Below are positions 1-9,379 of a DNA stretch of 64,000 bases, one piece after another. The DNA lies in contig OZ244806.1 in assembly GCA_965220075.1 (NCBI GenBank), positions 2,519,925-2,583,924 of the forward strand. The letters run 5' to 3'. Source of the stretch: Chloroflexota bacterium (GTDB taxonomy: Bacteria > Chloroflexota > UBA11872). Each line of letters opens with the position of its first letter. Position 1 is the first letter of the stretch. The notes under the pieces are model-generated. The model was not told where the DNA came from, made no database searches, and saw only the letters and a program-made list of their open reading frames with translations. Made by a program: the position numbers and the translations under genes.

Positions 1-1786
1 AGAAGGCATCGGCGCCAATTCTGAAGAACGCGCGGTCTTCCACGTTCCGGTTGATGGTGGCCGCCATGGACGCGCTGAAAGACCCGGCCGCAAAGGTCAC
101 GATCAGGAGAACCAGGAGAGCGGTGAACGGGCCTGGCCGGCGGCCGACCTGCCGCAAGCTGAGGAACAGCCCAACCCCATATACGCGCGACCCGGCCCAG
201 GCAAGGAACCGAACGATCCATGGGACGGCGCGCAGGAACAGCAACGACATAGCCAGGATGAAGGCGAAGGGAATGATGACCAGCAGGCTTCGCGTGAGGG
301 GCTGGGCATCCGGGCCTAAGGCTGGCAGCAAGTCCCAGGTTCGCAGGCTGACGAATCCGTAGATGGCGGCTCCCAGCAGCGCGAAGTCGAGGAAGTATCT
401 CTGGTGCAGCGGCTTACGCCGGATCCGCGTGATCTCGCCCCGGTGAGTCACGACGGACCGGCCGGCGGCCACTATCACGGGTCCCAGCATGGCAAGTATT
501 CCCAGCGCAACAGGCGCAGCGCCCAGCAGGTAGTGGCTTGCCGTCAGCTCGAATCGCAGGCCGGTCCGGTCGGTGAACTCCAGAAAGCCAAGGGTCTTAC
601 CCATCGCTTGTGCGAACGCCATGCCCAGGAATGGACCCACCGCCATCGCCAGCCCGCCCAGCAGCAAGCCCTCCACGGCATAGAGCGCGACGATCTGAAA
701 GGCGCCGGCGCCGCGGCTCTTCAGCATGGCGATTTCGCCGCTCTGCTCATCGACCACCATCCCCGCCGAGAGGGCCATGAATGCGAGGACCAGCGCCACC
801 ACCGGGGCGCTCAGGGCAAAGAGCGTTAGCTCTATGGCGGAGCGCTGCTGGTCGGCGGCGACGAGGATTCGGTCCAGCCGGGTATGCACGGTCGCGTTGG
901 GCAGGGTGGCCGCGGCCAGGGGATCGAGTCTGCGCAATCCGCCGATTACGCGCTGATAGTTCGCCGCGCGGATGGCGTCGGGATCGAAGCTCGAGAACCA
1001 GGCCGAGCTGCCATACAAGGAGGGCTTGAGCGCCAGCAGGCCGCTCAGGAGCGCTTCGCGGTCGACGAAAAGGGCGCCGCGCTCGAGGTGAGCGCTCTCC
1101 TCGAACCAGTAGATGGAGCTGGGATCACGCCGCTCGAAACGGCCCACCAGCTCCACGCCGAATGCGAAAGATTCGTCTTTGGCGGCGTCGTAATGGGTCA
1201 GCCTGATCCGATCCCCAACCAGCAGGCCGTGTTCGTCCAGAGCACGCGAGATCATCATTCCTTCGATAACAAGGGTGCTCTGGCCGGAGGGGTCTTGGGC
1301 GGTTGCGAGTTGCGCCGATGGCAGCCGGCCTTCCAGCAGCTCTATGTGCTCAGCCAGCCCGGTCATTGCCACCAGAGAGCCGAAGACGAGGGAGTGAAGC
1401 CGCAGCTCCTCGCCGGACGGCCCGAAACCCTCCACCTGGGCTATGCGGTCCGACTCCAGGTAGTGCACGCGCATCCGCTCGGTAAGTCCCGCCATGTCGG
1501 CTACCTGGCTCTCGAACACGCGGGCGGCACGCCGGTATTGCGCGAGATCGGTGTCGCCTTCTCGCGGCCATGCCTCGGTGTGGCGGATCACGACACTGGA
1601 AGCGAGCGGGCTGCTAGACCGCTCGATCTCGTGTCTGAGCAGGAAGTCGCTGAAGCCGCCGGCGTAGAGGGGAACCGCCGTAATGAGAGCGACGCTGACG
1701 ACCATGCCCAGCACTACCGTCAACATGGCGGGACCGCTGCGCAGCAGGCGCCGCAAGGCGAGTCCCGCCAGGCCGGGCCCGAGCAT
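1..1786 (-). CDS. ABC transporter permease, FtsX/MacB-like (DevC-type); C-terminus runs off the window start
   Basis: Manual minus-strand translation gives an uninterrupted ORF from ATG at 1786-1784 (5 nt after the HlyD stop) to position 1: MLGPGLAGLALRRLL... It has multiple hydrophobic helices and large extracytoplasmic loops typical of FtsX-domain permeases. It is missing from the ORF track because no stop lies in the window. The gene order HlyD then permease matches DevBCA/MacAB-type exporters. Confidence 0.8.
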   Translation of the reverse strand, partial: MLGPGLAGLALRRLLRSGPAMLTVVLGMVVSVALITAVPLYAGGFSDFLLRHEIERSSSPLASSVVIRHTEAWPREGDTDLAQYRRAARVFESQVADMAGLTERMRVHYLESDRIAQVEGFGPSGEELRLHSLVFGSLVAMTGLAEHIELLEGRLPSAQLATAQDPSGQSTLVIEGMMISRALDEHGLLVGDRIRLTHYDAAKDESFAFGVELVGRFERRDPSSIYWFEESAHLERGALFVDREALLSGLLALKPSLYGSSAWFSSFDPDAIRAANYQRVIGGLRRLDPLAAATLPNATVHTRLDRILVAADQQRSAIELTLFALSAPVVALVLAFMALSAGMVVDEQSGEIAMLKSRGAGAFQIVALYAVEGLLLGGLAMAVGPFLGMAFAQAMGKTLGFLEFTDRTGLRFELTASHYLLGAAPVALGILAMLGPVIVAAGRSVVTHRGEITRIRRKPLHQRYFLDFALLGAAIYGFVSLRTWDLLPALGPDAQPLTRSLLVIIPFAFILAMSLLFLRAVPWIVRFLAWAGSRVYGVGLFLSLRQVGRRPGPFTALLVLLIVTFAAGSFSASMAATINRNVEDRAFFRIGADAF

Positions 1787-1791
1787 CACGG

Positions 1792-3414
1792 TCAGTAGGA
1801 CTGGAAGATCACGGCGCCTTCCTGGAGCCCGTCGGTGATTTCGATTTCGTCATCGCTGCGGATGCCGGTGCGCACCCGGATGCTGCGCCGCCGGCCGTCG
1901 ACCAGCGCCTCCACGAAATCGCGGTAGTTGACGGTCCGCACCGCGGTCAGGGGCACCTTCAACACGTCCTGCTTGACCTCCAGGGTGATCTTCAACGCGG
2001 CGCGCATGCCGATCTCGACCCCGGCGTCAGCCCAATCCACCGCGACCGTGGCCTCGTTGACGCGCGTGGTCCCTCCCCCGGGCGCGGAGATTTCGTGGGG
2101 CAGAACGACCAGCCGCCCCTTGAACACCTGTCCTTCCAAGCCGCCGATTACGACCTCCACGTCCTGCCCCACGGCCAGCAGATCCTCCTGCGCGCGGGGG
2201 ACAGACGCTTCGACCAGCAGCACGCTGGGATCGGCCATCTCGAGAATCTTGTCGGCCGGCTTGACCTCCCAGCCAGGCACGCGGACCACGTAGGTGACCA
2301 CGCCGTCGAACGGGGCCATGAGCTGGTGGTCCAGAGTTGGCTTTTGAAGCGATGCGAGTCGCGCACGGGCGGTATTGGCAGCCTCGCGCAGCAGGGCGGC
2401 ATCGCGGGCGTTGCCGGAGAATGCGGCCTGCAAGTCGGCCAGAGCGGTCTTGGCGGCGTCTCGCTCGATCGTGGCCGCCTGCAAGGCGCGCCGAGCGTGC
2501 TGCAAACTCGCTTCGTCCGCTTTCTTGCCCAGCTCCTCCAGGGCGCTCTCCGCCAGCCGCAGCTCGGCCTGCGCCACGCTCAGCGAGGCGCGCGCCGCCT
2601 GCAAGTCCGGAGGGCCTTCGGGACGCTCGAGCAAGCCGAGCCGGTAGCGGGCTTGCGCCAATGCCAGATCCACCCGCGCGGCGCTTTCCTCGGCCGCCGC
2701 TAGCGCCCGCTTGCCGCCCGGCCCCTGGGCGGTCCGCAGCGCGTCACGCTCCTCCTGAGCGGCCGCCGCCTCGAGCTCCCGCGCAGCCGCCTGCGCCCGG
2801 GCGGCCGCGATCGCTTGGGGGAGCGTGGTCTCGATGCGTTGGGCCGAGGCGGAGCGATCCGCGATCCCAGCCTCAGCAACAACCACGGCGGCCCGCGCGC
2901 TCGCAAGCTCCGCCGGGGAGGCCCCCGCGAGGAGCGTGTCGAGTTCCACCGCGCGCGCGCTGACCCGGTTCGCGGCGAGCAGGAGCTCTCGCTCGGCCGC
3001 CGCCTGCTCGGCCGCAAGCGCGGCCTGCGCCGACTTCAGCCGGTCCTCGGCACTCTTCAGCTCGGCACGCGCGGCGGCGATCTGGGCTTCACGATCGCCC
3101 GTGTCCAGCTGCGCCACGACATCGCCGACCCTTACTGCGTCGCCGCGCTTCACGTCGACCGTCTTGAGCACTCCCGGAACATTGAAGGACAAAGCCGCTT
3201 GCACCTCGGCCACAACGCGGCCATCCAAACGGACCGCCTGCTCGATCGGGCCGCGCTCGACCTCGACGGTGGGGCGGTCCAGAAAGCTGGGCGGGGCGGC
3301 TATAAGCGCGGGGGAACCAGCGCTGCCTTCGGGGCCGGACTCGCAGGCCGCGACAACGACGCCCGCCAAGAGCAACAGCGCGGCGCTTCGCAAGGTTCTA
3401 TTCACCACGGGCAC
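1792..3414 (-). CDS. HlyD-family efflux/secretion periplasmic adaptor (membrane fusion protein), lipoprotein-type N-terminus
   Basis: 540 aa. N-terminus LLLAGVVVAAC has a lipobox-like signal. It has a long Ala/Glu/Arg-rich coiled coil and a beta-barrel C-terminus typical of HlyD/MFP proteins. It is tightly coupled to the downstream permease. Confidence 0.85.
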   Translation of the reverse strand: MPVVNRTLRSAALLLLAGVVVAACESGPEGSAGSPALIAAPPSFLDRPTVEVERGPIEQAVRLDGRVVAEVQAALSFNVPGVLKTVDVKRGDAVRVGDVVAQLDTGDREAQIAAARAELKSAEDRLKSAQAALAAEQAAAERELLLAANRVSARAVELDTLLAGASPAELASARAAVVVAEAGIADRSASAQRIETTLPQAIAAARAQAAARELEAAAAQEERDALRTAQGPGGKRALAAAEESAARVDLALAQARYRLGLLERPEGPPDLQAARASLSVAQAELRLAESALEELGKKADEASLQHARRALQAATIERDAAKTALADLQAAFSGNARDAALLREAANTARARLASLQKPTLDHQLMAPFDGVVTYVVRVPGWEVKPADKILEMADPSVLLVEASVPRAQEDLLAVGQDVEVVIGGLEGQVFKGRLVVLPHEISAPGGGTTRVNEATVAVDWADAGVEIGMRAALKITLEVKQDVLKVPLTAVRTVNYRDFVEALVDGRRRSIRVRTGIRSDDEIEITDGLQEGAVIFQSY

Positions 3415-3523
3415 CTGGGTCTAGGGCATGCCGGCAGACGCGTCGTGCGCGAGCCAGCGGGATTCTACTGAGTCGCCGGGGCCGCAACGGCGGCAACGGG
3501 ATCCAAACGGCTATCGGACCGGG

Positions 3524-3597
3524 TCGGGGCGGCGAGATTCGAACTCACGACCTCATCGTCCCAAACGATGCGCGCTACCAGACTGCGCCACGCCCCG
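3524..3597 (-). tRNA. tRNA-Pro (anticodon TGG)
   Basis: The reverse complement folds as a canonical cloverleaf: acceptor CGGGGCG/CGCCCCG, D-arm GCGC-AGTCTGGTA-GCGC, anticodon stem CATCG/CGATG with loop TTTGGGA (anticodon UGG), and T-arm GTGAG-TTCGAAT-CTCGC. Confidence 0.85.
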
Positions 3598-3737
3598 CGG
3601 TTGCCGACATCGTACGTCCGCACCAGCGGCACAGGCCAGCTTCCACGCGCCGCCGGGCGCGTGCGGCCGCTCGGCCGCACGGTGACCGGCTAGACTCGGC
3701 GCGCAGGTCAGTTGGGCCAGCGAGAGAGGCTGCAAGC

Positions 3738-5102
3738 ATGAACCGCAACGCGGCGCCAAGCACCGCGCTCCCCAGAACCGATGAATATCTGGCCCCCTCA
3801 TCCGAGACGGCGCGCCTCCACGCGCGCGCAAGCCGCGTGATGGTGGGAGGCACCTCGCGGATCCACTACTTCTTCGAGCCGTACCCCATCTATGCGCGGT
3901 CCGGAAAAGGCGCGTACGTGACCGACGTGGACGGAACCGAGCGGGTGGACTTCCTATTCAACATGACCACCCTCATCCACGGGCATGCGGACGCGGCGAT
4001 CAATCGAGCGCTGCGCGAACAACTGGACCAGGGCGCCTCCTTCTCCGAACCGGAAGAGTCGGAGGTCCGGCTGGCCGAGCTTATCGCCCAGCGGGTGGCG
4101 TCGGTGGAAAAGATTCGCTTCGCGAACTCCGGCACGGAGGCGGTGATGCTGGCGTTGAAGCTGGCGCGCGCGCACACCGGCCGAAGCCGCATAGCCAAAT
4201 TCGAGGGGTTCTACCACGGCTACTACGACCACGTGCAGGTGAGCTACGCCTCGCGGCCGGAAGTTTGGGGTCCGCCGGAGGCGCCCGCGAGCGTGGCCAG
4301 CTCCGGCGGTCTGGCGGAGTCGGTGGAGCGGGAAGTGGTGGTTTTGCCGTTCAACGACCGCGCAAGCGTCGAGCGCCTGTTCGAAGAGCACGGCCACACG
4401 CTGGCCGCGCTGGTGGTCGACCCGCTCTCGAATCGCGGCGGGTTTCCGAAGCCGGCGCCCGGGTTCTTCGATTTCCTGCGGCGGTTGACCCGGGCTCACG
4501 GAGTGGTGCTCGTCTTCGACGAAGTCATCAGCTTTCGACTCGGTTACCACGGCGCGCAGGGCCGCTACGGAGGCGCTCCGGACCTCACGGCATTCGGGAA
4601 GATCATTGGCGGCGGCCTGCCCGTGGGCGCGGTCGGCGGACGGAGCGAGATCATGGCGTTGCTCGATCCCACCGACGGTCCGCCGGAGATCGCCTCGGGC
4701 GGCACTTTCAGCGGAAACCCACTGAGCATGACCGCGGGTCTGGCCGCCATGCAGCGCATGACGCCCCCGCTGTACGAGCGCCTGGACGTACTGGGCGAGC
4801 GGCTGCGGCGCGAGTCCGACGCGGTCTTCAGCCGCGCGGGGATTGCGGCGCAACTGAGCGGAGACGGCTCGCTCTTCCGCATAGTCGCGGGCGATGCGCC
4901 GATCAGGCGCTACCGCGACCTTCGCGGCGATCCCGCGGCGGCCGCCTGGCTAGGCCGTCTGCACCGCGAGTTGCTGGCCAGCGGCATCATCGTCGCTAGG
5001 GAGGGCTTGGGCTGTCTGGCAACGGTTATGGGCGATGCCGAGGTCGACCGTTTTCTCGAAGGCCTGGAGACGGCCGTGCGGAGCGCCGGCAGTCCCGGCT
5101 AG
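3738..5102 (+). CDS. Class-III aminotransferase (glutamate-1-semialdehyde 2,1-aminomutase-like, PLP-dependent)
   Basis: 454 aa. Motifs match the GSA-aminomutase/omega-aminotransferase fold: HGHADAAINRALREQLDQG, VVLVFDEVISFRLGYHGAQ, and a GKIIGGGLPVGAVGG lysine-containing PLP loop. Confidence 0.9.
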   Translation: MNRNAAPSTALPRTDEYLAPSSETARLHARASRVMVGGTSRIHYFFEPYPIYARSGKGAYVTDVDGTERVDFLFNMTTLIHGHADAAINRALREQLDQGASFSEPEESEVRLAELIAQRVASVEKIRFANSGTEAVMLALKLARAHTGRSRIAKFEGFYHGYYDHVQVSYASRPEVWGPPEAPASVASSGGLAESVEREVVVLPFNDRASVERLFEEHGHTLAALVVDPLSNRGGFPKPAPGFFDFLRRLTRAHGVVLVFDEVISFRLGYHGAQGRYGGAPDLTAFGKIIGGGLPVGAVGGRSEIMALLDPTDGPPEIASGGTFSGNPLSMTAGLAAMQRMTPPLYERLDVLGERLRRESDAVFSRAGIAAQLSGDGSLFRIVAGDAPIRRYRDLRGDPAAAAWLGRLHRELLASGIIVAREGLGCLATVMGDAEVDRFLEGLETAVRSAGSPG

Positions 5103-5108
5103 CGGGAC

Positions 5109-5471
5109 CTACTCCCACTTCTCGAGGATGAACTCGCAGCCGAGGCCGTAGGCGCGCGACTCGTTCATCAGCAGGGCCAGGTCGGGAAACTCAATGATCC
5201 CCCAGCCGTCGTTCAAGGCGTCGAGAACCGTCTTGTAGGGCCATTCATCGGGATCCGTCGGACCTTCGTCGATCTCTCCCTGGCGGACTAGCGACATTCC
5301 GATCACGGGTGAATCGAGGTTCGTCTTCTGGGCCTGTAGGTATAGGAGGCTCTGGCGTCGGGACGAACCTTCATCGAGCGCAGCGAGAACGCCTTGCAAA
5401 CTGGTCTCCGCGAGGTTGCCCGCCCGGAGGTCCTCGATGCACTTCCGCACTTGCCGCCTGACGTTTTCCAT
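5109..5471 (-). CDS. hypothetical protein (120 aa)
   Basis: Clean ORF lying convergent with the aminotransferase. Codon usage is consistent with neighbours. No recognisable domain. Confidence 0.45.
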   Translation of the reverse strand: MENVRRQVRKCIEDLRAGNLAETSLQGVLAALDEGSSRRQSLLYLQAQKTNLDSPVIGMSLVRQGEIDEGPTDPDEWPYKTVLDALNDGWGIIEFPDLALLMNESRAYGLGCEFILEKWE

Positions 5472-5615
5472 AGTCTGGACGCCCCGCTACCCGCGCGTTT
5501 GCCAACTCGGCGCGCCGCCATTCTAGCGGTCGCGCTAGCATGCGGCGTTCGTGGCGGAAGTGAGCGCCAGCGGACGGCGCGCTAGCGCCCCCGGCGCCAG
5601 AAAAGGAACACCGAC

Positions 5616-6821
5616 GTGCTGAAATCGGCAACGTACGAGGCGGGTAGTCGGCAAGTAAGGATCGAGGTCGAGCGGATCGACACCTGGCGCGAAGACCAGG
5701 GGTCGGTGGTCAATTTCCCGGGAGTCGTGCAGCTCGACGGCGACCGGCTCTACATGACCTACCACCGCGCGCGCCACGGCGCCGCCGAGGGCGAGCCTCT
5801 GCTCTCGGTGCTGTCAGACGATGGCGGGGCCAGCTGGCGCGACGCCCCGCGGGATTTCCCGCTGATCGGCATCAACCCCGCTAATGGCAAGAGCTACGTG
5901 GATTTCGACTCGGGCGTCCTGGGCTATCTCAAAGACGGCACCATCTGCCGGATCGATCACGACACGGTGGAAGCGGCAGAGGGTTACAAGGGTCGGGAGT
6001 CGGGCTCCTTCCACGAGGTAAGCCAGATCAGCGACCCGACTTTCGTGTGGCGGCGCTGGGCGCGCAACGGGGAGCGGATCGAGAGCTGGAACATCAAGGT
6101 GCGAGGGTTGCCGTTCGAGAAGGCTTCGTACCAGTCCTACGCGTCACTGCTGGAGCTCGAAGGCGGCGACTTTCTAACCGCGCTGGAGTGGGTGGCGATT
6201 CTGCCGGAGGACGAGTGGACCGTGGACAGCCGCGGGCGCACGCGCAAGACGTGCATCAACGTGTTCATAGTGCGTTCGTCCGACCGCGGCAAGACCTGGG
6301 ACTTCGTGCAAGCGTTCGACTCGCAGGTGCTCAAGCCTGTATACGGGCCGGGCGACCGGCCGCTGGATGAAGGCTTCGACGAGGCCGATCTGGCGGAGCT
6401 GCCCAACGGCGACATCCTTTGCGTGATGCGCACGGGCTCCTACTCGCCGATGTTCCAGTCGCGTTCCAGTGACGGAGGGCGTACCTGGTCGACGCCCGAG
6501 AACACCGGCTGGCAAGGCGTGCGGCCGCAGCTGCAAGTTCTGCCCAGCGGCGTGCTGGCCTGCTCGGCCGGGCGCGGGGCCTACGGCCACCCGCAGATCA
6601 CGCACGTGATGCTGAGCCTGGACGGCACGGGCCGCCACTGGGAAACACCCTTCGCTTTTCACACCGGACCGGGATGCTCCTATACGACGGCCTGGCAACG
6701 CGATGACAGGTTGCACGTTGCTTTCTCGCACTCCGACTTCACGCGCGAGCTGGGAACCAACGAGCTGCCGATCCAGGCGATCAGGCGGGCCGTGCTAGAT
6801 ATCCAGGTGCTGTCCGGCTGA
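5616..6821 (+). CDS. BNR-repeat (sialidase/exo-alpha-sialidase-like) glycoside hydrolase family protein
   Basis: 401 aa with a GTG start. It has repeated S-x-D-x-G-x-T-W 'Asp-box' motifs (SDDGGASW, SSDRGKTWD, SSDGGRTWS) characteristic of the BNR/sialidase beta-propeller. Confidence 0.75.
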   Translation: MLKSATYEAGSRQVRIEVERIDTWREDQGSVVNFPGVVQLDGDRLYMTYHRARHGAAEGEPLLSVLSDDGGASWRDAPRDFPLIGINPANGKSYVDFDSGVLGYLKDGTICRIDHDTVEAAEGYKGRESGSFHEVSQISDPTFVWRRWARNGERIESWNIKVRGLPFEKASYQSYASLLELEGGDFLTALEWVAILPEDEWTVDSRGRTRKTCINVFIVRSSDRGKTWDFVQAFDSQVLKPVYGPGDRPLDEGFDEADLAELPNGDILCVMRTGSYSPMFQSRSSDGGRTWSTPENTGWQGVRPQLQVLPSGVLACSAGRGAYGHPQITHVMLSLDGTGRHWETPFAFHTGPGCSYTTAWQRDDRLHVAFSHSDFTRELGTNELPIQAIRRAVLDIQVLSG

Positions 6822-6841
6822 GCGGGCGGCGCGCACAACGG

Positions 6842-9103
6842 CTACGGTGCCAGGATCAGGCGGGCGTCCGGGGGGAGCTTGCCGGCGTCGCGATCCAGCC
6901 TGACGGCGTGGTAGACGCCCCCATTCCAGGCCGCCAGCTGGTCGAGGTAATGCGGGCTGCCGGGATGCCCTGACTGGCCGGCGGTGTCCATGGCCCAGAT
7001 TCCCGCCGGTCTATCGGACAGGTCGGTCACCATCCGGTAGGCGACGGGCGCCCCGGATGTCGCGGTCTCGTGCGGCTCGCTGGGGAGCTCCCCGGTCGCG
7101 TTCGGTCCGGTCTGGGGCGCCACGCCGCCGAGCAGCTCATCGAGGTCGCCGCGGCCGGATAGCGGGTGGCTCAGCCGCAGCGGGTGGAGGCGCGCCCAGG
7201 ACCATGACTCCATTTCAGCGCCCAGACGCTCTGTGAGCTCATCCAGAGCGCTCCCAAACGCCGCGCGCACGGCGGCAAGGCGGTCACGCCCCTGGAACCA
7301 TCCGGCCGGATCGCCCGCCAGCGTAGCCAGCGCCAGCCCCGCGATCGCGCTGGCCAGGAACGCATCCAACTCGGCACCCGCCGGCGTCGAAGCGTCCAGA
7401 CGCAGGCGGGCGGACACAACCGCACGCGTCCAGTGTGAAAAAAAGACGTCGAAGATCGCCGCGGCCGCGCTCCCCGGCTCGCGCCTGTAGTCCCATTGCC
7501 CTAGAAGCGCGGCCGCGCGCCGAACGCGTGGCTGCGTGCCGCCTCGCAGCGCGCCGAGCAGCGCAGGCACGCCGTCAGCGGCGCGTAGAAACAGCGTGTC
7601 GGCCTGCATGCGGCGGCAATCGTCGGCGCTGAGGGTGCGCCGCTCTTCGAGCATCTGCCGGATGCGCCGGGCGCGATAGCCGGTGGGCGAGGTGCAGCTG
7701 AGCGGATAGGGGTAGTCGGCGGGCGCCGGTGGGTTGTTGGCGGTGACTATCCATCCGCTGGAGGGATCGCTCAGCGCCGGGAGCCGGTCGAATGGAACCA
7801 CGCCGCGCCATTCGTCCAGCGGGTCCCAGCCGCGCCGCAAGCCGCGCTCGGCACGGCGACGGACGGGAAGGTGTCCGGTCACCTGGTAGCCGATGCGGCC
7901 GTCGACGTCGGCGAACAGAACATTCAGGGTCGGCGTGGCCCAATCACGCAGCGCCGCGCGGAACGTCTCGCAGGAGTCCGCGCGACCGCCGGCGAGCAGC
8001 GACGTCAACCAGCCGCAGGGTTGCGATCCGGTCCAACGCAACGACGCCGGACCCAGGCCGCGCGCCGCGGCCGGCAGCAGCTCGTCGACGATAGGGCCGT
8101 GACGGGATGACTGGATCTGCTTCCGAATGACGCCGCCGCCTTTGACCGCTATCTCCTCGACACGCTCGCCGGCGGGTTCCCAGTCGCCATCGAAGCCGAA
8201 GCTGCCGGGATGCCGCGGGTCGGTGCGCTCCTGATAGAGGTCGCGCTGCGAGCAATTGTTGTTGGTGATGCCCCAGGCCACGCGCGGATTGCATCCGATA
8301 AGCACGGCGGGCAGGCCGGCGTAGGCGATTCCCGCCAGATCGAACGAGCCGCCGCACAAGCGCACCTGATACCACCAGGAGAGCGCACCGACGGCGACAT
8401 GGGGATCGCTGGCCAGCAGTGGGGCGCGCGACGCGCTGCGCGCGGGCGCCACCACCCAGTTGTTGCTGCCCGGTCCGCAGTCGGGCCCGCCGGTGGGCGG
8501 ACCGGCCACGGCGGCGGGGAGAGGCCGGTAGGAGCCAGGCGGAAGGATGGTCTCGTCGCCCGCTTCAGCCGCCAGGAAGGCTTCGTACAACCGGCCTTCA
8601 CCCAGCGCGCGCCTGGCCAGCTCGGGGATGACGATGAGAGGCAAACGGCCGGACAGGTACCAGCGGAGCTCACCCATGACGGCCAGCCAGTCCAGGGATC
8701 GGAACGGCTGGGGCGTGTAGCCGAGCAGATCGAACTCGATAGGCAGCCGGTCGCGCGATTCCTCCAGCAGCGCGTTTGCTCCGTCGGTGAAGGCGTCGAG
8801 CAGGCGAGCGGTTTCGGCTGGAAGCGCTTCGAGCTCCGCGCGCGCTATCGCGGGCAAGCCGATCGTGCGCGCCAGCACGTCGGACTGCAACGCCTCCGGT
8901 CCCAGCGCTTCGGCGAGCCGGCCGAGGGCTCTGCGGCGCAGGTAGTCGAGTTGCCAGAGACGATCCTGGGCCATGGCGTAGCCGAAGCCCGTGAAAAGGT
9001 CGCGGTCGCCGGCGGCAAAGACGTGGGGGATGCCGAACGCGTCGCGCCGGATCTCGACCGCCGCGTCGACCGGCGCCCGGCCGCGGCCGTCGACGGACGG
9101 CAC
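6842..9103 (-). CDS. Penicillin acylase family protein (Ntn-hydrolase; penicillin amidase/AHL-acylase-like)
   Basis: 753 aa. Conserved N-terminal block PHVFAAGDRDLFTGFGYAMAQDRLWQLDYLRR. An internal GSNNWVV motif supplies the Ser N-terminal nucleophile of the beta subunit. No obvious signal peptide. Confidence 0.9.
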   Translation of the reverse strand: MPSVDGRGRAPVDAAVEIRRDAFGIPHVFAAGDRDLFTGFGYAMAQDRLWQLDYLRRRALGRLAEALGPEALQSDVLARTIGLPAIARAELEALPAETARLLDAFTDGANALLEESRDRLPIEFDLLGYTPQPFRSLDWLAVMGELRWYLSGRLPLIVIPELARRALGEGRLYEAFLAAEAGDETILPPGSYRPLPAAVAGPPTGGPDCGPGSNNWVVAPARSASRAPLLASDPHVAVGALSWWYQVRLCGGSFDLAGIAYAGLPAVLIGCNPRVAWGITNNNCSQRDLYQERTDPRHPGSFGFDGDWEPAGERVEEIAVKGGGVIRKQIQSSRHGPIVDELLPAAARGLGPASLRWTGSQPCGWLTSLLAGGRADSCETFRAALRDWATPTLNVLFADVDGRIGYQVTGHLPVRRRAERGLRRGWDPLDEWRGVVPFDRLPALSDPSSGWIVTANNPPAPADYPYPLSCTSPTGYRARRIRQMLEERRTLSADDCRRMQADTLFLRAADGVPALLGALRGGTQPRVRRAAALLGQWDYRREPGSAAAAIFDVFFSHWTRAVVSARLRLDASTPAGAELDAFLASAIAGLALATLAGDPAGWFQGRDRLAAVRAAFGSALDELTERLGAEMESWSWARLHPLRLSHPLSGRGDLDELLGGVAPQTGPNATGELPSEPHETATSGAPVAYRMVTDLSDRPAGIWAMDTAGQSGHPGSPHYLDQLAAWNGGVYHAVRLDRDAGKLPPDARLILAP

Positions 9104-9379
9104 ACGCCGCCGCGTTTCGACCTGCCACCAGCGCGCGAATTCGGGCTGGGTCAGACCCGCCGCGGCGCAGACGCCGTCGATGGGCTCACCGGCGCCCAGC
9201 CTGCCAAGAATCTGTGCGGCGGTTAGTTGAATGAGCTGAAGGAAGGCCGCGCACGTACGGGGCGCGCGGCGCGGCCAGCCTATGCGCCTTTGTTTTGGAG
9301 CGTCAACGGGAGCGCGCGGGGCGGATCGACGCGCCGCGGCAACGTCGCGGGCAGGGCGGCCTGAGGGACACGCCGCTGC

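Noticed and set aside
884-1798. 304-aa plus-strand ORF (and neighbours 404-829, 781-1029)
   Set aside because: Antisense to the continuous FtsX-like permease reading frame on the minus strand. The translation is low-complexity Arg/Ala/Gly-rich, typical of high-GC antisense frames.
2095-3471. Several 200-aa plus-strand ORFs over the HlyD gene
   Set aside because: Overlap the well-supported HlyD-family CDS on the opposite strand. The compositions are Arg/Pro/Ala-rich with no domain signal.
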